64,000 nucleotides of DNA from Tubulanus polymorphus (lineage: Eukaryota; Animalia; Nemertea), in assembly GCF_964204645.1 (NCBI RefSeq), contig NC_134026.1, positions 7,091,950 through 7,155,949 on the forward strand. Reading direction: 5' to 3'. How positions within the stretch are numbered: position 1 is the first letter of the stretch; each line of letters opens with the position of its first letter. The position numbers and the translations under genes are program-made. Positions 60,546 through 64,000 of this stretch are shown piece after piece. The notes below the pieces were generated by a model. It saw nothing but the letters and a program-made list of their open reading frames with translations. It did not search any database and had not been told where the DNA came from.

Positions 60546-62799
60546 AAAAACAGCCTGGAACGCAAATATCCGAATCCCGACGGTCACCGGGGGCCAGGTT
60601 TCCGATTGCGGGGTATTGGTATTCGAAAAGCAATTAGACTTTTCACTCGGCGTCAATTTGTGACCATTTACACCGATATGAATATGCGGTTCAATATATA
60701 ACGCTTCCGCCATAGTTCTCGTGGGTAGACGCTCATTAGACGGGTATAGAGCGGAAATCCGACGTGTGGATATCTTCCTTTCCAACCCGAACAAATGGCT
60801 TTTCAATCATATGTTCATTTACTGAAGATCGTATGAATAATAATGATATGGTTCTAGACGGTCTAGTATTAGTTGAGTAACACGATATAGATTGATCAAT
60901 GAATCTCTGCGCGGCCACAGAGGGATCCATCCGTCAAAGTTAACCTACATTTACAAGTTTCGTCTTCAGGGACCAAGGTGTCGCGCAGTCCTGACTATAA
61001 GTCCTTTAATGGCCTTAAATCTTAAGAATTTCTGAAGTTAGTTAAAGCATAGACGTATAAACTAGATTATACGTCCATTGCCATAGCGACAAAACATATT
61101 GTAAATCGTATCATCATGGTATTCACTGAATAATTTTGAATTTAATTCAATTACTATATTCAACGGTGACGAGGACATGTTTGCCACGCTATTCCTCTTT
61201 AAGCCACGGTACCCATACAGTCTGGGAGTAATCATTATAATATGGCTTATACATGACTGTTGCGCGTAGAATGTCCTTAGGGGTTAACATTGTCCGATGC
61301 TAAATGAAAACCCCAAGCAATAGCATTCTATACCTCAGTGACGTTACTCATTTCAGTGATTTCAGATTTCTGAATGTTTATTGAGACAAGTTCTGAAAAA
61401 TTCACATCAGCAGAACACTGTGACATCGAACAGTACAGTGTATATGCCGTGTGTCTAGATCCGAGATATAACTGAAGATAATGTTATTGAGAGCTTTGGG
61501 AACCATGTGGATAGATTTGAACTGAATTCCTTCACAAATTGGAAACCTGCAGTGCAATTCAGTCAGAATGAGGGAAATGTAATTAGATTTACGGATTTCG
61601 TCCTGTTCGGGGAGTTTCGGAACGAAATGTAAAATTCCTGTAAAAGAACAATTTACAAAGGGTAGGCTTGCCTCCGATTATCAAGCGCACCACCTTGTGA
61701 CAAAATGTTTTGAGTTTTCGAAAAAGATATCATCAAGAACGCGTCAATTAAAATCTTCATTTTACGATTGATTTTAATTGTACATAAGCCACGATCATAC
61801 TAGCGTTTTTGGTTTTTGGTCAACTGTTCACACACCAGGTGCCAAACGGGCGAAATTTGGTCCGACCAAAAAACATCAGATAAGGCATGAGCCAAATTTC
61901 AGCGCGGTACAAATGATTTAATTTGAATTGCAACTGGTTCTGGAAGTGACTGACCCAAATCTGACTCGGGTCTGATCCGCGGCAATTTGGCCCGGGCCAA
62001 ATCGTCTCCGTGTGATTTTCATTCCAATTGATGAAATCCTTTCAACCTATTTTTGCACTGTATCATATCTAACAATCTAGATGAATTGTGAGGATCAACT
62101 GAAAGCGTTTAAAAACCGCAGAGAAAAACGTCAAGCGCTAAGAGACATTGACTTGCATAGGGGATTAACTCTTAACAGAACTCCTGGTAGACTCAGAATA
62201 CACTGAGATAGAGAAGGGCACAGTTACCGCAAATCAAACACAGATTTCAACTAAATTACACAGCCATCAATCAAAGACACTTAAATTGTCACTTCTTTTC
62301 TACAAGTTACGAGAATGTTCTTAAATAAGACCCAATTCTAACCCACGGTCTTACACTTTAGTTTCCTCACCGGAGTATTTCATCATGTCAAAATTTATTC
62401 GAAGATATTTCGCGTAGTTCGTTCAGAAGTACTTTGATATTTTTTTTCTAGCCCAATGTCGAAATCCATGGACACACATTCATGTCTCTGTCGCCCGATT
62501 GATCTTTGAGATCGGATTATAAACACGCGTATTACTGCTGCACATCGGTACAGAAACCACACATCACTGGAAACGTCGGAGTCTCTGAAAAAAGTTTCCA
62601 TCGTTAAAGCAGAAAACCATAATTAAAGAAGAAAGGTCTGCGCAGTTGCTTTGTTTAACCAGTCTACTTGTCGATTGAACAAATGTCATCAGATTTTAGA
62701 ATTTGAATAGAGATCTTTAATGTGCTCGACTTGTGTTGACTCAATCAGAGGAACTACTTCTCCGTTCGGTTCTAATAATGAGATTGAACCGATTCAGAG

Positions 62800-62985
62800 A
62801 CCAATGAATCTACCATCAGACCACTGCTATTATCAGATCACTGAATTTATCTCCAGACCACCGCAATGAATCTACCATCAGACCACTGAATCTACCATCA
62901 GATCACTGAATCTACCATCAGACCAATGAATCTACCATCAGATCACTGAATCTACCATCAGACCAATGAATCTACCATCAGACGA
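62800..62985. repeat. 19-20-bp tandem repeat (TGAATCTACCATCAGACCA)
   Basis: About 9 copies. Confidence 0.85.
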
Positions 62986-64000
62986 TGCTGAGACATAATG
63001 AAGAACCTTTAAAGGTTCTTCATTAGAACTTCTTGCTTTGAGAGTGTAAAGCAGGTTCTGATTGGTCTCCACCGATTCCGGATTCTATTCTCTTCTGGCG
63101 CGCTGTTTTGGCCGAATACGCCTTATACCTATTCCGCAATAGCATAATCATGTAAACCTGATAGAAGCGACCGGTAGAGAGAATTGCAGGGTCCTGGGAA
63201 TATTTCAAAATGCATCGCTTGCCATTTCTACGGATTCTTGTCGTTTACATTCTAAGGTTGCGCAAACAGGTTGTCCATTAATTCCACGCCCAGACCCCTC
63301 GCTCTAAAAAATGTCAGTTAAATCTGACGTTGGAGAAACGAAACCAATTCATTTCGGTGAATGAAATTACGTATCTGTAATAATCATAAAACTAAAAGGT
63401 TGATTCTCCGAGGATGCACTGAGACAATAAGGCGAACGAAACTCCCGATGATGATTCGGCGATACAGCAGTAAAATCAGCAAAATTGTGAATCTGAACAG
63501 AAACGCGCTGATTGACAATAAGACAATCAGTTTTACACGCGACGCGCTACAGTGTGACGACACCTCGAAGTATAATTGATACAATTAGGCAATTGACACA
63601 AGGGACTCTTAATATAAAAGCATAAACGGCACATATGTCGATATGAAACCAGCGGGTAAAACGTGATATTCATATATTCCAGATGAAAGGCAATATGTAT
63701 GTGTATAATAACACGTGAGAGTCAGTCGGAGGTGCGGATCTATCAGGGGATTTGAGATAACGAGGGCCTCAGAAACTGAACAGGGAGAATTAGTTCCCCT
63801 ACCTACTGATGATGACGGTAGCAGGTGAAAGACGGCCGGCCGGCCGGTCGGCGATCGAAGATGAATTCCCAACTTCTAACGCCAATAATTAACAGAGTAA
63901 TTGCGCAACACTTCGGGTCAATTTTCATGAAAAATGACTCCGCGAAAAAAAAGTATAACAAATCGACGAAGTCTGATACCACGCAATTTACAGAGAATAT

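Noticed and set aside
57498-64000. Short ORFs (58427-58714, 60531-60806, 63361-63579, 63609-63872) as possible genes or as the missing receptor exon
   Set aside because: No TM1-TM3 motifs, recognisable domains or consistent splice partners; most likely intron of the tachykinin-like receptor

Overview
AT-rich, intron-rich animal genomic DNA. The gene content fits a spiralian/lophotrochozoan-type invertebrate (inference). In order, the window holds: (1) the 3' two-thirds of a receptor (membrane) guanylyl cyclase, + strand, 16 exons, 187-10287; (2) three apparently paralogous single-coding-exon secreted prepropeptide genes, each with a furin site followed by a lone Cys (10609-17079); (3) a possible degenerate CUB-like gene (18215-20942, -); (4) a complete nNOS-type nitric oxide synthase with an N-terminal PDZ domain, - strand, 25 coding exons, 1476 aa by manual splicing, 21906-42905; (5) inside one NOS intron, on the opposite strand, a young 1.8-kb LTR retroelement with non-canonical TT...AA termini and a single non-gag/pol ORF, plus an intronless class A GPCR; (6) a tRNA-Gln(TTG) gene; (7) the last four exons of a tachykinin-receptor-like GPCR (-, 47724-57497). 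Introns carry MITEs, LINE fragments, minisatellites and many short Penelope-type repeats with minimal hammerhead-ribozyme motifs, two of them long palindromes with 12-bp target duplications. The best candidates for undescribed biology are the lone-Cys prepropeptide trio next to the receptor cyclase and the TT...AA mini-LTR element with its orphan cargo ORF. All calls were made by eye, without database searches.
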